64,000 nt of DNA from the NCBI GenBank assembly GCA_019828565.1, contig JAHDYR010000011.1, forward strand, positions 133,072-197,071, read 5' to 3'. Made by a program: the position numbers and the translations under genes. Source of the stretch: Carpediemonas membranifera BICM (taxonomy: Eukaryota > Protista > Fornicata). Positions 23,772-35,700 of the stretch are shown piece by piece (position 1 is the first letter of the stretch; every line of letters starts with the position of its first letter). Under the pieces are notes generated by a model that did not search any database, was not told the DNA's origin, and was given only the letters and a program-made list of their open reading frames with translations.

Positions 23772-25823
23772 TTACTGGTTGTCCTCCTTGATGAAGCGGT
23801 CCTTCAGTGCCCGCCGCCTCCTCTTCTCCATGACCGCCGCCTTTGTCTCGTACTCCTTGAGATCCCGTATTCTGCTCCTGTTGCGAGGATCAGTCCAAAC
23901 CCGGTCGACACAGATCTGGACGAAGTGGTAACGCTGGGGGTCGCGGGCTCTTAGCTCTGAGGCGGCGTCCTTGCAATCCATCACAGCTTGGGCGGCCTCG
24001 ATGCGGTACTGGCGGCCGTTCTTGCTCGTACGGATGGACGATCCGTTGATGATGGAAGCGAGGAGGAAGGCAGCCTTCGATGTCACGAACTGACGGACAA
24101 GGTCTCCGTCGACGATCTTTCGTAGTGGCGAGTCGGCGGCGTCAGCGTCGGCCTGGTTGAAGAACTGCTCAAACTGAGTAGCAACGGGGTCAGAACGGAC
24201 GGCAAGCCAGTCCTGTGCATCCATGAACGACAGGTGCGTGTACAGCTTGTTGTACAGCTTCTGTGTGGTGAATCCAGCCTGCAGCAGCACCCCAGTGAGC
24301 TTAATCCGCATGCTCATGTCCTCTAAAGTGCATAGACCGCGATAGAAGCAACCCAACCCCTTCTCTGAGCGGCGAGGGTCGCTACCACCGGTGAATTTGA
24401 GGACTTCAGCGATAGTACTTACGAATAGGTCGCGATACTGCTTCGTGTAGAGCTTGTCCGTGCGAGAGAGAGCAGCAACGGCGAACTCAACGTGGCCTCG
24501 GGTGACTGGCTTTGCGGCGAGTCCGCTGCGTTCGTTCATCATTTCCACGAAGACCCTGTTCGCGAGAGCGAGGAAGCGGCGACCGTGATCCGCCGGGACG
24601 AACGTGTTGTGGCCCGCGAGAGCAGAGAGGATCAGGGAAGCGGGCTCGTCGGCCAGGGCGGTGAAGAGATCTTCAGCCTTCTTACCAGCGGGGACGGCGC
24701 TCGTATAGCACTTGGCCAGAAGCTCGCCTGATCCATGGGTGATAAATGAAACCGTCAGATGGCTGCGGTATAACCTGGCGTCGCCTGTGACGCTCTTATG
24801 CAGAGGCCACCGCTTGATGAAGGTATCCTTCATGTCTACAGGATCGCCATTCTCATCGAGGCCGACGTCTAAAATGCACCGGGCAAGGTGTTCGATGGAA
24901 GTGGCCGCCTCAGGCTGGTCTTTGGCAAATATCGCACAGCAGTTGACAACTTCCTGCAGAGCAACGGATCCCGAGGGGGTTTCGGTCATTACTCTGAGGA
25001 AATTGATGGCCTCAGGATCAGCTGAGATCTGAGACACCAGCGGGGCGAGAATATCAGTCCATGTCCAGTCAAACGGCGTGCCAGTAGCCTTATGCTCGGT
25101 GGGGAGCACCATGTGACGTCTGGCAGCAATGCGATTGTCATCGATTGCAGGCAGGCCACAAGCCACGCGAAGAGAGGCACGGAGTACGTGAGAACCGCAG
25201 TCACCGGGCTCGTCAGCGATGAAGTTACCATCGCACGTCCACTTGACGATGGACTTCACCATGTGGTCTAGGCTGAGTCCGGGAGTGGGCGTCAGCTCCT
25301 CCATGGCAAGAGCCCGGGGCAGCAGGGCGATGAGGGTCTGAATGGCGTTGGAGGCATGCTGATGGTTGACGAAACGGGCGAATTTGCGCTCATCTGCGGC
25401 GTCGAGGTAGGTGAATAGCTCGGAGAAGAAGCCCATGAACTGCTTGTGGGTGCTGTAGCACAGCCCACGCTCGACCATACGGGCACCAAAGACGTCCTTG
25501 CAGAAGATGTTGGCTCGGCCCTGCATGGTGCTGAAGAGAAGGTCGATGATCACAGCGCTTTCCTCCACCATCGCAACAGAGCCGTTGCGGCCTGAAGGGC
25601 GGATAATGTTCTCTACACGGTGCAGCAGAGAGTAATCCTCCTTGTTCAAGCGGGTGTTAGGCTGGCGTTCACGTGTATCGTCGTGATGATCGTCATCACG
25701 ACGAGGGCGAGAGTCACGGGATGAATGATCGCGGCGACGATCATTATCATGCCGCTGGCGATGATTAGAGTGGCGAGAAGACTTGTAAGGCTCCTCACGG
25801 CGCCTGTTATCCCTCGATTTCAT
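23772..25823 (-). CDS. NOP9: Nop9-like Pumilio-repeat protein
   Basis: Basic N-terminus; PUF-like GARMVE, ASNAIQTL, GSHVLR motifs. Confidence 0.55.
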   Translation of the reverse strand: MKSRDNRRREEPYKSSRHSNHRQRHDNDRRRDHSSRDSRPRRDDDHHDDTRERQPNTRLNKEDYSLLHRVENIIRPSGRNGSVAMVEESAVIIDLLFSTMQGRANIFCKDVFGARMVERGLCYSTHKQFMGFFSELFTYLDAADERKFARFVNHQHASNAIQTLIALLPRALAMEELTPTPGLSLDHMVKSIVKWTCDGNFIADEPGDCGSHVLRASLRVACGLPAIDDNRIAARRHMVLPTEHKATGTPFDWTWTDILAPLVSQISADPEAINFLRVMTETPSGSVALQEVVNCCAIFAKDQPEAATSIEHLARCILDVGLDENGDPVDMKDTFIKRWPLHKSVTGDARLYRSHLTVSFITHGSGELLAKCYTSAVPAGKKAEDLFTALADEPASLILSALAGHNTFVPADHGRRFLALANRVFVEMMNERSGLAAKPVTRGHVEFAVAALSRTDKLYTKQYRDLFVSTIAEVLKFTGGSDPRRSEKGLGCFYRGLCTLEDMSMRIKLTGVLLQAGFTTQKLYNKLYTHLSFMDAQDWLAVRSDPVATQFEQFFNQADADAADSPLRKIVDGDLVRQFVTSKAAFLLASIINGSSIRTSKNGRQYRIEAAQAVMDCKDAASELRARDPQRYHFVQICVDRVWTDPRNRSRIRDLKEYETKAAVMEKRRRRALKDRFIKEDNQ

Positions 25824-26113
25824 GCTCTGCGAGCTTCTTGTTCGAAAAAATGTAACAGTCGATTAGAAGACGCGCTGGGTCAGCTTGAGTAGCCTGGTAG
25901 GCATTTCATGTGTTCACATACCTCATCCTCTTTCAACGGAGGTTTTTAGCACCGCTAGGTAGGTCGGGTCATGCATGCCTTCGATGGCCATCCTTCAACG
26001 TCACTCAACGTCGAATATAGTATGATCTTCCCTATGGCATCGTATTGCACAGCGATCCTCTCCTTTCCACCGCATTCTGGCCAAACACGCAGTCTATGCC
26101 AGCGACGCGGTGA

Positions 26114-27886
26114 ATGGCCTGGACGATACAGCCTGAACAGCTGCACGCTGCTACACCAACTTCAAGGACTGCAACGCTTGCTCGAAATCAACCTGCGTAT
26201 AATGCAGCGATGCAAGCTCTTTCTGCGTTTGCCTTGAGTCATAATCAGCGCGATCGCGATCAGTTCTTGAGAATGCTCTCCGAGCAAAGCTATGTAAGGA
26301 CTCTAACCTCGAGGAACCTCATTATGCTTGTTAATTGCCTCATTGTTCTTGTACGCGGCGTCTATCGAGTCAAGCTGAGATACACCGCCAGCCAGTTGGC
26401 TACGAAAGCCCCCAGAGTCACCGCAGTATGCTGGTTGGCACGGTTATTCATGCGTGAAGATGCCACTCTTCTCGACCAGCTCCCTGATAGCTTCATTTAT
26501 GACAGAACACCGTTACCTGCCTATGTAGTTGGGGTCGACGACATTAACTCCAGAATAGCGGGAACTAGCGTCAACATGGACGATATCCTATTCACTCGGA
26601 ACAGATCTTTCGTGCCTGCCGCAACGCGTGCTGCCAAGAAGAAGAAAACCGTAACCGCCGAACAAGTTCTTTCAAATCCAAGGCTTGCCGAAGGTAGACC
26701 GGCGATGATGATGGCTACACGTGTTCTCACTGTTGCTCGGTGCGACGTGGGTGCATTATCCAACGCCGGGCAAAGCATGAGTGTTGTTCTCTCTCTGCCA
26801 GAGGACATCCGCCGCCAGATCTTGCAACGAAAGTACCAGAAACAACATCCCACAGCAACGTTCACGCCTAAAACTGCACGGCAGTCGACCGACTCCGACT
26901 CTGACTCCGACCTGTCCGACGAGGAGGAGGAGCCCTGGGCGGGACCCGCGGGCAAGAGTGTCATTGTCAGGCTGTTCCAGCCGCTCTCAGCCAAATTCGA
27001 CCCATCTTTGTTCAAGTCTGATGGTATAACACTTTCAGTTGCCATTGGTGACCAGACCATCTCCAAACTAGTGGTAATCAACGAGAATCATCAGCCATAT
27101 GCCGACATCACGGATGCCTTAGAGCATATCATTCAATCCATCACAGTTGTTGACAACCACGAAAAGATCGGCGAGATTCAGCTTAATATTCGTCCCTGGG
27201 CCGCTCCCCCGCGATGTGCCAAGGCTGCTTACATGGCTAATACTCAGCTATTGGTCGAGTACGGCGAGATGGGGAGCCCCAAGGACGTCGCCAAGTGGAT
27301 CGAGCGGAACATTCCCACGGTCGACGCTGACCCAAGCAAGCTGGATAATGAGGATGACGACGAGCTGGAGGAGGTGGTGACGCGGTTCAGCTTGACTGAC
27401 CCGCTGACCTTCTGCCGCATGACACTCCCAGCTCGTGGCGAGCACTGCGTGCACACACAGTGCTTCGACTTGCAAACTTTCATCCAGTTCGGCTTCCAGT
27501 CGAAGAAGTGGGAGTGCCCCATCTGCAGCAAGCCCCTGACCATCCAGGGCTGCAGGGTCGACTCGTTCGTGCGGACGCTCCTGTCGACCTCGGGCGAGGA
27601 CGACGAAGCCATCGACGTCGAGACCCACACAGGCCGCATTTTAAGGGAAGGAAACTCGGAAGAGGAAATCCCCGACGAACCATCCCAACTGACTCGACCC
27701 ACACCGCAGGCTGACGAGGACGTCGATGACATTCACTTTGATGATGACGATTCTGTTTTTAGAACGCCCGACAATGTCTTCGACCTTTCGGACGAGGACT
27801 GGGATTTCCTGCCCGTGAGAACTGTGCCCCGAGAGGAGCTCGGGCTGCGTGGGACAGGTTCACCGGCCAATCCTATCGAGTTATAG
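26114..27886 (+). CDS. SP-RING (MIZ) SUMO E3 ligase, PIAS/Siz-like
   Basis: SLTDPLTFCRMTLPARGEHCVHTQCFD...WECPICSK; acidic tail with SIM-like PIEL. Confidence 0.9.
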   Translation: MAWTIQPEQLHAATPTSRTATLARNQPAYNAAMQALSAFALSHNQRDRDQFLRMLSEQSYVRTLTSRNLIMLVNCLIVLVRGVYRVKLRYTASQLATKAPRVTAVCWLARLFMREDATLLDQLPDSFIYDRTPLPAYVVGVDDINSRIAGTSVNMDDILFTRNRSFVPAATRAAKKKKTVTAEQVLSNPRLAEGRPAMMMATRVLTVARCDVGALSNAGQSMSVVLSLPEDIRRQILQRKYQKQHPTATFTPKTARQSTDSDSDSDLSDEEEEPWAGPAGKSVIVRLFQPLSAKFDPSLFKSDGITLSVAIGDQTISKLVVINENHQPYADITDALEHIIQSITVVDNHEKIGEIQLNIRPWAAPPRCAKAAYMANTQLLVEYGEMGSPKDVAKWIERNIPTVDADPSKLDNEDDDELEEVVTRFSLTDPLTFCRMTLPARGEHCVHTQCFDLQTFIQFGFQSKKWECPICSKPLTIQGCRVDSFVRTLLSTSGEDDEAIDVETHTGRILREGNSEEEIPDEPSQLTRPTPQADEDVDDIHFDDDDSVFRTPDNVFDLSDEDWDFLPVRTVPREELGLRGTGSPANPIEL

Positions 27887-28329
27887 GCTTGTTGGACCGA
27901 GATTTAATTATAGGGCTTCGCGATTATTTTGTTAAAATTATGTTATGCCAGTGAGTGCTGTTGGTTACTCTGGTGGTTTTAAGGTGCGACATCGAGTGGC
28001 TAGTCGAGGGTGTCGCCATAGGTCGTCATCCCAAGCATCTCACTGCAGCGAGCAAGGGTCGGGCAATTCTGTCGGGTTCTGGTCAACTATCACTGCAAAG
28101 AGCGCCGGGTGACCCAACTTTGAAAAGACTAGCACCCCGCCACTTTTTCATTGTTGTCGAACTGAGTAAAATTTTGGAATACCTGAATCCGAAGGTCCAG
28201 TAGTGGAAACAGCGCACTGGCGGCCAGCATTTCCTCCCCCTGACAAACTCTCATGGTCCTCGAATACCATCATTCAGGCGTCGATCATCAGCGGTAAACC
28301 TGCATTTCTGGGATTTGCCGTTAACACTA

Positions 28330-29574
28330 ATGGGAGAGATTGACGCTTCCACGCTTATTACCAGCAACGCTGATCCGACATCGCTCTTCCAGCTGCTCGA
28401 TCAGATCGGCGAAGGCTCATATGGAGCCGTATTCAAGGCTATATCAAAGCAAACGAATGAAACTGTGGCCGTCAAGCTTATTGCGATCGACGGAGACTGG
28501 GATGAAGTGAACAAGGAGATCCAGATCCTGAAAACTCTGGACAGTGCCCAGATTATCAAGTACCACGGCTCTTACTGGGACGGAAGCGACCTCTGGATCG
28601 TCATGGAACTTTGCCAGGACAGTATGTCCGGCCTGGTTGAGACACTCGGCCACGGGCTCGACGAGAGGCAGATTGCGTATGTCATGAAGGAGACGCTCGT
28701 TGGTTTGACATATCTTCACAGTAACAAGAAGATTCACCGCGACATCAAGTCTGGCAACATTCTCTTCAAGGACGACGGTTCTATCAAGCTAGCCGACTTC
28801 GGTGTCTCCGCCCAGCTTGCCAACACCATTTCCAAGCGCAAGACGATGATTGGGAGTCCATTTTGGATGGCCCCCGAGGTCGTTCAGGGCGAGGAGTACG
28901 GGACCGTAGCGGACGTCTGGTCCGTCGGAATCACTGCCATCGAGCTTGCCGACACGCTCCCGCCCCGCTCGGACGTCCACCCGATGCGTCTCATCTTCCA
29001 GATCCCCGTCTTGCCCTCGCCGACCCTCGCCCAGCCCGAGGACTGGTCTGACGAGTTCAACGACTTCATTGCCAAGTGCCTTGCTAAGGACCCTGAGGCA
29101 CGGTGGTCGTGCGCCATGCTGCTTCAGCATCCCTTCATCAAGGCCGCGCCCAGGAAGGACGTCATGGTCGACGCTGTCGAAGAGCTGATCGCCGTCAAGG
29201 CATCCACCCGCGACAACAACGAAGAGAGCGGGTTCTTCACTGCGACTGACGCCAGCAGCACGATGGCCGGTACCATGGTTCCAACTCCAGGCCCAACCCA
29301 GCCGTTCGACGCTGGTACAGTCGTCCCTGGATTCGATGACACCGATGGCTTTGGGACGGTCATGATTCCGTCAGGAACGGTACCGGCAAACAACAATGAG
29401 GAAAGCAAGCCGGCGTTCCTTCGGCACATGGAGGCGGAGGAGACGAAGGACAAGGGCAAGGCTGACGTTGATGTGCTGATGCGGAAACTTGATGATATCC
29501 GCAGCAACATCGCGATGCTCCAGAAAGAGGAACAGGCCGTGCTGAAGGAGATCAGCGCACGCAACAACGCGTAG
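28330..29574 (+). CDS. STE20 family kinase, MST1/2 (Hippo)-like
   Basis: GEGSYG, HRDIKSGN, DFG, IGSPFWMAPE, HPMR; C-terminal short coiled coil (SARAH-like). Confidence 0.93.
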   Translation: MGEIDASTLITSNADPTSLFQLLDQIGEGSYGAVFKAISKQTNETVAVKLIAIDGDWDEVNKEIQILKTLDSAQIIKYHGSYWDGSDLWIVMELCQDSMSGLVETLGHGLDERQIAYVMKETLVGLTYLHSNKKIHRDIKSGNILFKDDGSIKLADFGVSAQLANTISKRKTMIGSPFWMAPEVVQGEEYGTVADVWSVGITAIELADTLPPRSDVHPMRLIFQIPVLPSPTLAQPEDWSDEFNDFIAKCLAKDPEARWSCAMLLQHPFIKAAPRKDVMVDAVEELIAVKASTRDNNEESGFFTATDASSTMAGTMVPTPGPTQPFDAGTVVPGFDDTDGFGTVMIPSGTVPANNNEESKPAFLRHMEAEETKDKGKADVDVLMRKLDDIRSNIAMLQKEEQAVLKEISARNNA

Positions 29575-29699
29575 ACTTTTGTATGATCATAAAATGGACA
29601 GATTTGATTTACCAAAAACCGTTTATATATAACCAGGAGCCCAGTGCTCATTTTCTCTCTATCTTCAGATTAGTATTGATACAGTCAGAAATGAGTCAC

Positions 29700-31537
29700 T
29701 CAACTTTCCGTGGAGACTTCACCCATGGTCTGGGCGACAATCTGCATGACAAGATGAGGCCATTCGCCCAGGTAAACATCCTGCTTTGTTGCCCGCTGGA
29801 CTGCGGCGTCAAGGATCTTCTCGCCATTCAAACCGGGTCTCGTGAACTTGCCTGGCGGTTCAGTTCTCCTGCCCCTCGCAGAGTGCTTCCCGCTGCTGGC
29901 TTTTGACCCAGAAGCAGCAGCGATGAACGGAGCCAAGGCCGCTGCCTGTGGCGTGGGCGGCATGTGTGCAATAGTGTAGTTGCTCAGCCCGTTCGTGATT
30001 CCAGCGAACAGCGAGGCCGCGTGGTGTCTGTCTGCAGTCAGCACAGGCTTCTCGTTGAACATGTTCAGTCGGGGAAAGACGAATGAAACGTAGGGGAAGA
30101 GGAGCGCTGATGTGGTGATCGGGCAGTTCCGCACCTCCAACGAAGTTAGCCGGGTTAGAGTCGTGAACGGATTCAAATCAGCCAAGTCGTGTATCGGGCA
30201 GTCGCTGAGTTTCAAAGCCAACACGCGATGCATGAGCTTGCTGTCGGTGACGTCGCCGGGAATCGGGCAGTTTCTCAGCACCACCGTGCTTACACCCTCG
30301 AACCCGACCGGCATCTTGCCCATGAGAGCTGAAACACCTGCTCCACGACAGACTAGCGTCTTACTATCGTCCTGGAGCGCATACCCGTTGGCCTTCTCAG
30401 TCTGCTTAATCGTGGGTGAGGCTGTGGCCTTCGCCTCCCGTCCTGGGGTGGGCGGGGCGTCCTCCCCCTGTGCGGCCGACCTTGTCTTGGGCCGTCTGTC
30501 CTCGTGCTCGGAAACCACTGACCGACTCGGCTTCTGGACTAGTTTCTGGGCCCGCACGTCCATCCTGACCTTCGCGGTGATCTTGATTTGATCCAACTGC
30601 TTCAGCTTTGGTGCTCTCGACAGTACAGTACCCACATAGTCGGGAAGCTCCGTGACAGTGTTGCCATCAACGGTCAGCTCGAGCAGCTGGGGCGCCTCAC
30701 ACACGGCAGGCAGGGTGTCTAGGGTGTCTAGCGAGTTATTGGAAAGATATAGACGCTGGAGGGCACGGAGCTGGCCGAAACCATGGACAACACGGATGCT
30801 GTTCCTGCGGAGGTTTAGCTCGGTCAGCTCGAGATTTTCACCGAGGAGATCTTGTTATCTGCTTGATTGAGCACCCGCAAGTGTCTGAGATGTGATATGC
30901 CGTCGATCTCCTCGATAGCGTTCGAGTGAAGGTCGAGGACGTCTAGATCGTTCAGTGCCTCGAGCCCGCTGATTTTAGTCAGCTGATTGCGTCCAAGCAT
31001 GAGGATCCGTAGACCAGGAACAGATTCGAGGCCGGATATTTGCTCGATCTTGTTGCCATAAAGATCGAGGAAAATAAGAGAGGTCAGGAGGTGGAGATTG
31101 GATATAACACGGATCTGGTTGTTCTGGAGGTTGAGTAGGCGCAGCGGGCGTTCGCCCTGGAAGATGGGCACGTTTGTGAGGCCCTGTTTGTCGAGGTTGA
31201 CCTTATCGGGCGAAATGTTCCGCTGGACAGAGGTACCTTTGAGAACGAGCGTGTTATCATCCACAGTACCGACGTGGGAGATGTACTTCTCCGCCATTGA
31301 TGTCAGGCGCGACTTCTTCACAACCTCTGTGCGCTCAAGCTCAAGTGGGTGCTGTACCTGCGTTACTGCAGAGCCCTGGATGCTCATGGACTTTGGAACG
31401 CGTGATAGAAGCAGGCTGGACTGTGGACGTCCGCTCCGGGGGCGCATATCCGTTCTTCTTGAGCCTCGCATCTCTTCGAGCCGCAATAGTTCATTACTCC
31501 GGGACTTTCGCAAACCATGCGTCGCCTGTGGGTTCAA
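29700..31537 (-). CDS. LRRC49: LRRC49-like leucine-rich repeat protein (one frameshift at ~30840)
   Basis: PDKVNLDKQGL, LRLLNLQNN, LIFLDLYGN, LRILMLGRN, LDVLDLHSN; LRRs continue after the shift (LTELNLRRN, LQRLYLSNN); start uncertain. Confidence 0.8.
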
Positions 31538-31660
31538 CTTAGCTCCAAGCTCTAGATTCGCTCAACCAACTGGCTTCATTGCTTCTATAGGCTGCTAAAC
31601 GATCAAGTTTTGTTCTCAAACTGCGTTTACTTTTTTCGAACGATAACAGCAGTAAATCGC

Positions 31661-32311
31661 TCAATTCGCCATCCGTTCCCATTCGGTCTCCATAACCTGC
31701 TCCCAGCCCTCCTCCTCGGCCGTGAACACCCGCCAGGCCTCTTTTCTGTCGGCCATTGCAGTGAGGGCTGAGCTCATTTCAACGTCACAGGCTTCATGCA
31801 CCCCAGCACGATGGACGTTTGATTTCGTCAAATACCCTGCCCTGATGAAGAACTGGATCGCCTCGAGCCAGTATCCCTCGACCGTACGATCTGGGGGCAT
31901 ACCACTGGGACGAACGATGCTGAGCTGGGTTACAAGGGAGTCGCAGGCGACAGACGGGCCTACGCGCTCCATGGCTATGTACAGCATCACTAGAGCGCCT
32001 TCCATGTGTCTGATCGTGGGGAACAGGGCGATCTTGTTGGGCTTGAGACGATCAGTGTTGTCCTCGGCGACGACTGCCTTGTTCCGCAAGTCCATCCGCT
32101 TCTTAAACATCTGGTACTGGCCTTGGGGGTCATCGACAAGGATCAGTGTCTCTTGGCCCTTCACGGTGCCAGTCTTAAGCTCCATTTCAAGCTCGCTGGC
32201 TTTGGTCTTGACCGTTTCAAATACTTGTTGCGTCAACGCCGTCTTTTGTGATGCCTTGAGTGCTTGTATCGCCGGATCAGTGGCTAGGACTGCATAAAAG
32301 AGCTGAATCAT
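31661..32311 (-). CDS. Nse3/MAGE-like winged-helix protein
   Basis: VFE..K.K..ELEMEL...TLILV, GALVMLYIAM and FIRAGYL resemble MAGE homology domain motifs. Confidence 0.5.
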   Translation of the reverse strand: MIQLFYAVLATDPAIQALKASQKTALTQQVFETVKTKASELEMELKTGTVKGQETLILVDDPQGQYQMFKKRMDLRNKAVVAEDNTDRLKPNKIALFPTIRHMEGALVMLYIAMERVGPSVACDSLVTQLSIVRPSGMPPDRTVEGYWLEAIQFFIRAGYLTKSNVHRAGVHEACDVEMSSALTAMADRKEAWRVFTAEEEGWEQVMETEWERMAN

Positions 32312-32746
32312 GCAAACCCTTGCTCAGGGCTTTCGATTTGACCATGTGCGGATGTGGCGACGCTGTGTAAGCATTTCATAGTGGTAACAAGATTAGTAAG
32401 AGATTGATAAAGTATTCTGCCAACTTTTCGCCATTAAAACGGCGCTCTAACGACTCTTCGTCGCCCGACATTCGTTCGCTCCGGACCCCGACTTCAGGCC
32501 GAGTCGAGCCCGCCATCACCCTCGAGAAGTCGGGTGTCGACGGACATGGCAGCATGGGAGGCATCTGACGGTCTTCAGGTGGAATTACAGCCCCACGCCA
32601 GCAGCATGTCATCATTCGCGCCCCATCAAGTTCCGTCAAGGTCACCTCCAGCGCTCATGACCGGCTGGGCACTCAGACAGACATGGCCCAGTGTCACCAG
32701 TACATACCCATCCATTAAACAACATCCAAAGGAATTTATTATATTC

Positions 32747-35700
32747 TTACAAATAGCCCGGCGTGCGGCTGCCGAGGGCGGGTGATAGGTCCCTGCTCGT
32801 CATGCGGCTGTGGCTCACGGCCGAGCGGGTCAACCCACTAGGGCGAGACGCCTCGTGTTCGCGGGCACGGTAGCCGGTCTGGCTGTCGCGCTGAGCCTCC
32901 CTGAACGACGTACTGGTTAGATCACGGGTGCGGGAGAGCGTGCTTGAAGAAAGGGCGCCATCCCTACCGCGGCTAGCAGCACGAACCGAGGTAAACTCAG
33001 TCAGAGTCGAGGCGGCTGGCTCGGGAGGGACCAGGTGGGCGAGACCCTGCCGCTCGAGAATATGCCGAAGCCTGGCAGTGTATTGCCGCAGCGTGGTCAA
33101 CCGACCCTCGACCCCGGCCACTCGCTGCTGCTGGGCGGTCTGCATGCGGCGGGTCGACTCGAGCTCAGCCTCGGCGGCCCTGAGCTTGGATTGGAGCCGG
33201 GCGTCGTTCTGGCCCATGGTGGTCGAATACTGCGACTCCAGCGCCCTCTTCTCCGTGGCCACAGAGGACTGGAGCACGCGGAGCTCCTGCTGGAAGCGGA
33301 GGGAGTCTTGGCGCCGGCCAGACCGCTCCTCCTGCAGCTTACGGTCGAGCTCGCGGGAATCTGTCTCGCTGGTCTGGGCGAGTGTCTGGTTGGCCGCCTT
33401 GGCATCCCCCAGTTGCCGCTTGAGTGCGTCAATCTCGCCCTGGAGCTCAGAGACCTTAGTCGAGCCTTCTCTGCGGTCCTCGTCCTGCTCAGCCCGCGTG
33501 TCGTCGAGCTCTCTGGTCTGGTCCATGTGCTCTCTCAGCAGGTCATCGTACCTCGTCTGGAGCTCCTCATGGTCGGCCAGCAGCTGCTCATGGTCAGCCG
33601 TGAGCTCCTGGAGGTCAGTGATGGTCGAATCGCGCTCGACCACGTCAGCTTTGAGGCTCTTGACCGTCTTATTGAGACTCTCTATCTCCTCGTCGAGGCT
33701 GGCTTGGGTGTCTCTGCCACTCTGCTGGGCCTGGGCGAGGGTCTTGCTGAGAGACTCGGCCTCCTTCGACAGTGAGTCGACCTCGCCCTCGAGCTCGGCG
33801 ATCCTCTGGCTGAGTCTGGCCGACTCGGACATCAGCTTGTCCTTCTCCGCCTGGGCGTCTTCTTTGGTCGCCTTCAGCTCTGCTTCGAGGGCCTCGATGT
33901 CGCCATGGAGCGCATTTCTCTCGTCTTGCTCGAGCTGCAGCTGGTGGGCGTGCTGAGCCGCATCGTCCTCAAGCTGGGCCTGCACCATGGCGTGGCTCTC
34001 CTCAGCAACCTCTGCCCGCCGTCTGAGGGCGTCCATCTCTGCGGTCAGGTTCGCCTTGTCCGTGGCCCGACCCGTCTGCTCCTCCTTGAACAGCTCCCAG
34101 GACTCGTCCAGCTCACGGTGGAGTGCCTTCGAGTCGGCCTCGGTCCTGCGGCACTGCTCCTTGTGCTCGGCCTCGAGGCGGGAGAGCTGCTCTCTGGCCG
34201 ACTTCAACTCATCGGCAAGAGAGGCGGCGCGGGTCTCGGCGTCTCTGGCGTCGCGCTTGGCGGCTGAGAGCTGCTTGGTCAGCGTCTCAACCTTGGCCGC
34301 GCGTCCATCCGCCTGCTTATTGAACCCAGCCCTCTCCTCCGCGGCCCTGGCCTCCATGCGGGCCTGGTCGGCCTTCCTCTGGGCCTCGGCCGTCTCTGCC
34401 TGTCTCTCGGCCATCTCGAGCGCCTCAGTGAGCTGGGCAATCCTGCTGCTCGCGTCACTCAGCTCTGCCTGGGCCCATGCGAGCTTCTCATCGGCTGTGT
34501 GCTCGGCCTCCTCTGCCTGGGCGATCGCCTGGGTCAGCTCCTCCTCGACCTCGGCCGCCCTGGCCTCGGCCCTGGCCCTGTCGTCCTCCGCCTGGTCCTT
34601 CTCGAGTCGAACCCGGCTGGTCTCGCTGTGGGCCTCCTCCAGCTCCACGGCATGCTCCGTAGCGGTGGTCTCGAGCGTCCTGCGCCACTGTGCCTTCTCT
34701 CTTTCAAGCTCGTCGACCAGGTCTTCCTTCTCGGTCGAGAGGGTGGCGTTGTTGAGCTCAGCGTCGGTCAGGGTGTCCTGCAGCTCGTTCCTCTGCGAGG
34801 TGAGGAGCTCCACCTGCGTGGCCAGGTCCTCATTACGAGCCTTGAGGTCGGCCGCCTCGTTGGCAAGCTGGTCGGCCTTCCGTTGGGCCGTTCCGAGCTC
34901 CATGCGGTGCTCCTCCTCGAGATCCTCCGTCTGGATGGCGTGGGTGTCCTTCAGGGCCTGGATCATCGTCTTCAGCGTCTGAACCTGACGCTGGGTCGAC
35001 TCCAGCTCGGCGTGGAGCCGTGCCATGTTATCACTGGCACTTCCTCTCGCATCCTCGGCGGCCTGGACGCGGTCCTGATACGACGCGAGGTCCAACTCGA
35101 GAGCAGCGACCCTGTTTGTCAGCTCCTCGCGCTCCGAGGCCGCCTGGTCTTCTCGGACCGCGTGCTCCGAGGCCATCTCCTCGATCTCCGTCTGCATGCG
35201 GCTGACCTCCCTGTCCCTCGAGTCCAGGTCGACCCGGAGGTCTGAGAGCGTTGACTGGGTGACGTCGAGCTGGTGCAGCGTGTCGTTGAGCTGGGAGGTC
35301 TTCTCCTCATACTCAAGCTTAAGCTGCTCGTACGCCTCTGCGTGTGCCTGCTGCTCGTCCAAGAGACGCTCCTCGTACTGCGCGCCGTTGGTACGGTGTT
35401 CGTCGCTGAGCCGCTCGATCTCCATCTCGTGCTCGGCGATGGTCGCCCTCAGCTGGGCCACCTGAGTCTCGAACTGCCGTGTAGTCGACTCGAGCAGCGA
35501 GCGGGATGACCGGAGCTCCTTCTGGAGCCCCTCGTTCGTCTCCTCGAGGGCCATGGTGTCCGCGATGCTCCGTTCACGGAACGAGTCGAGCTCCTCGCGG
35601 ACACGGTGAAGCTCCTCGTCAGCGTGGGTTGCACGGTCGGTTGCGATCTTGCTGCGACCCTGCTCGTCTGCGAGCTCGGCCCTGAGCTGGGAGAGCTGGT

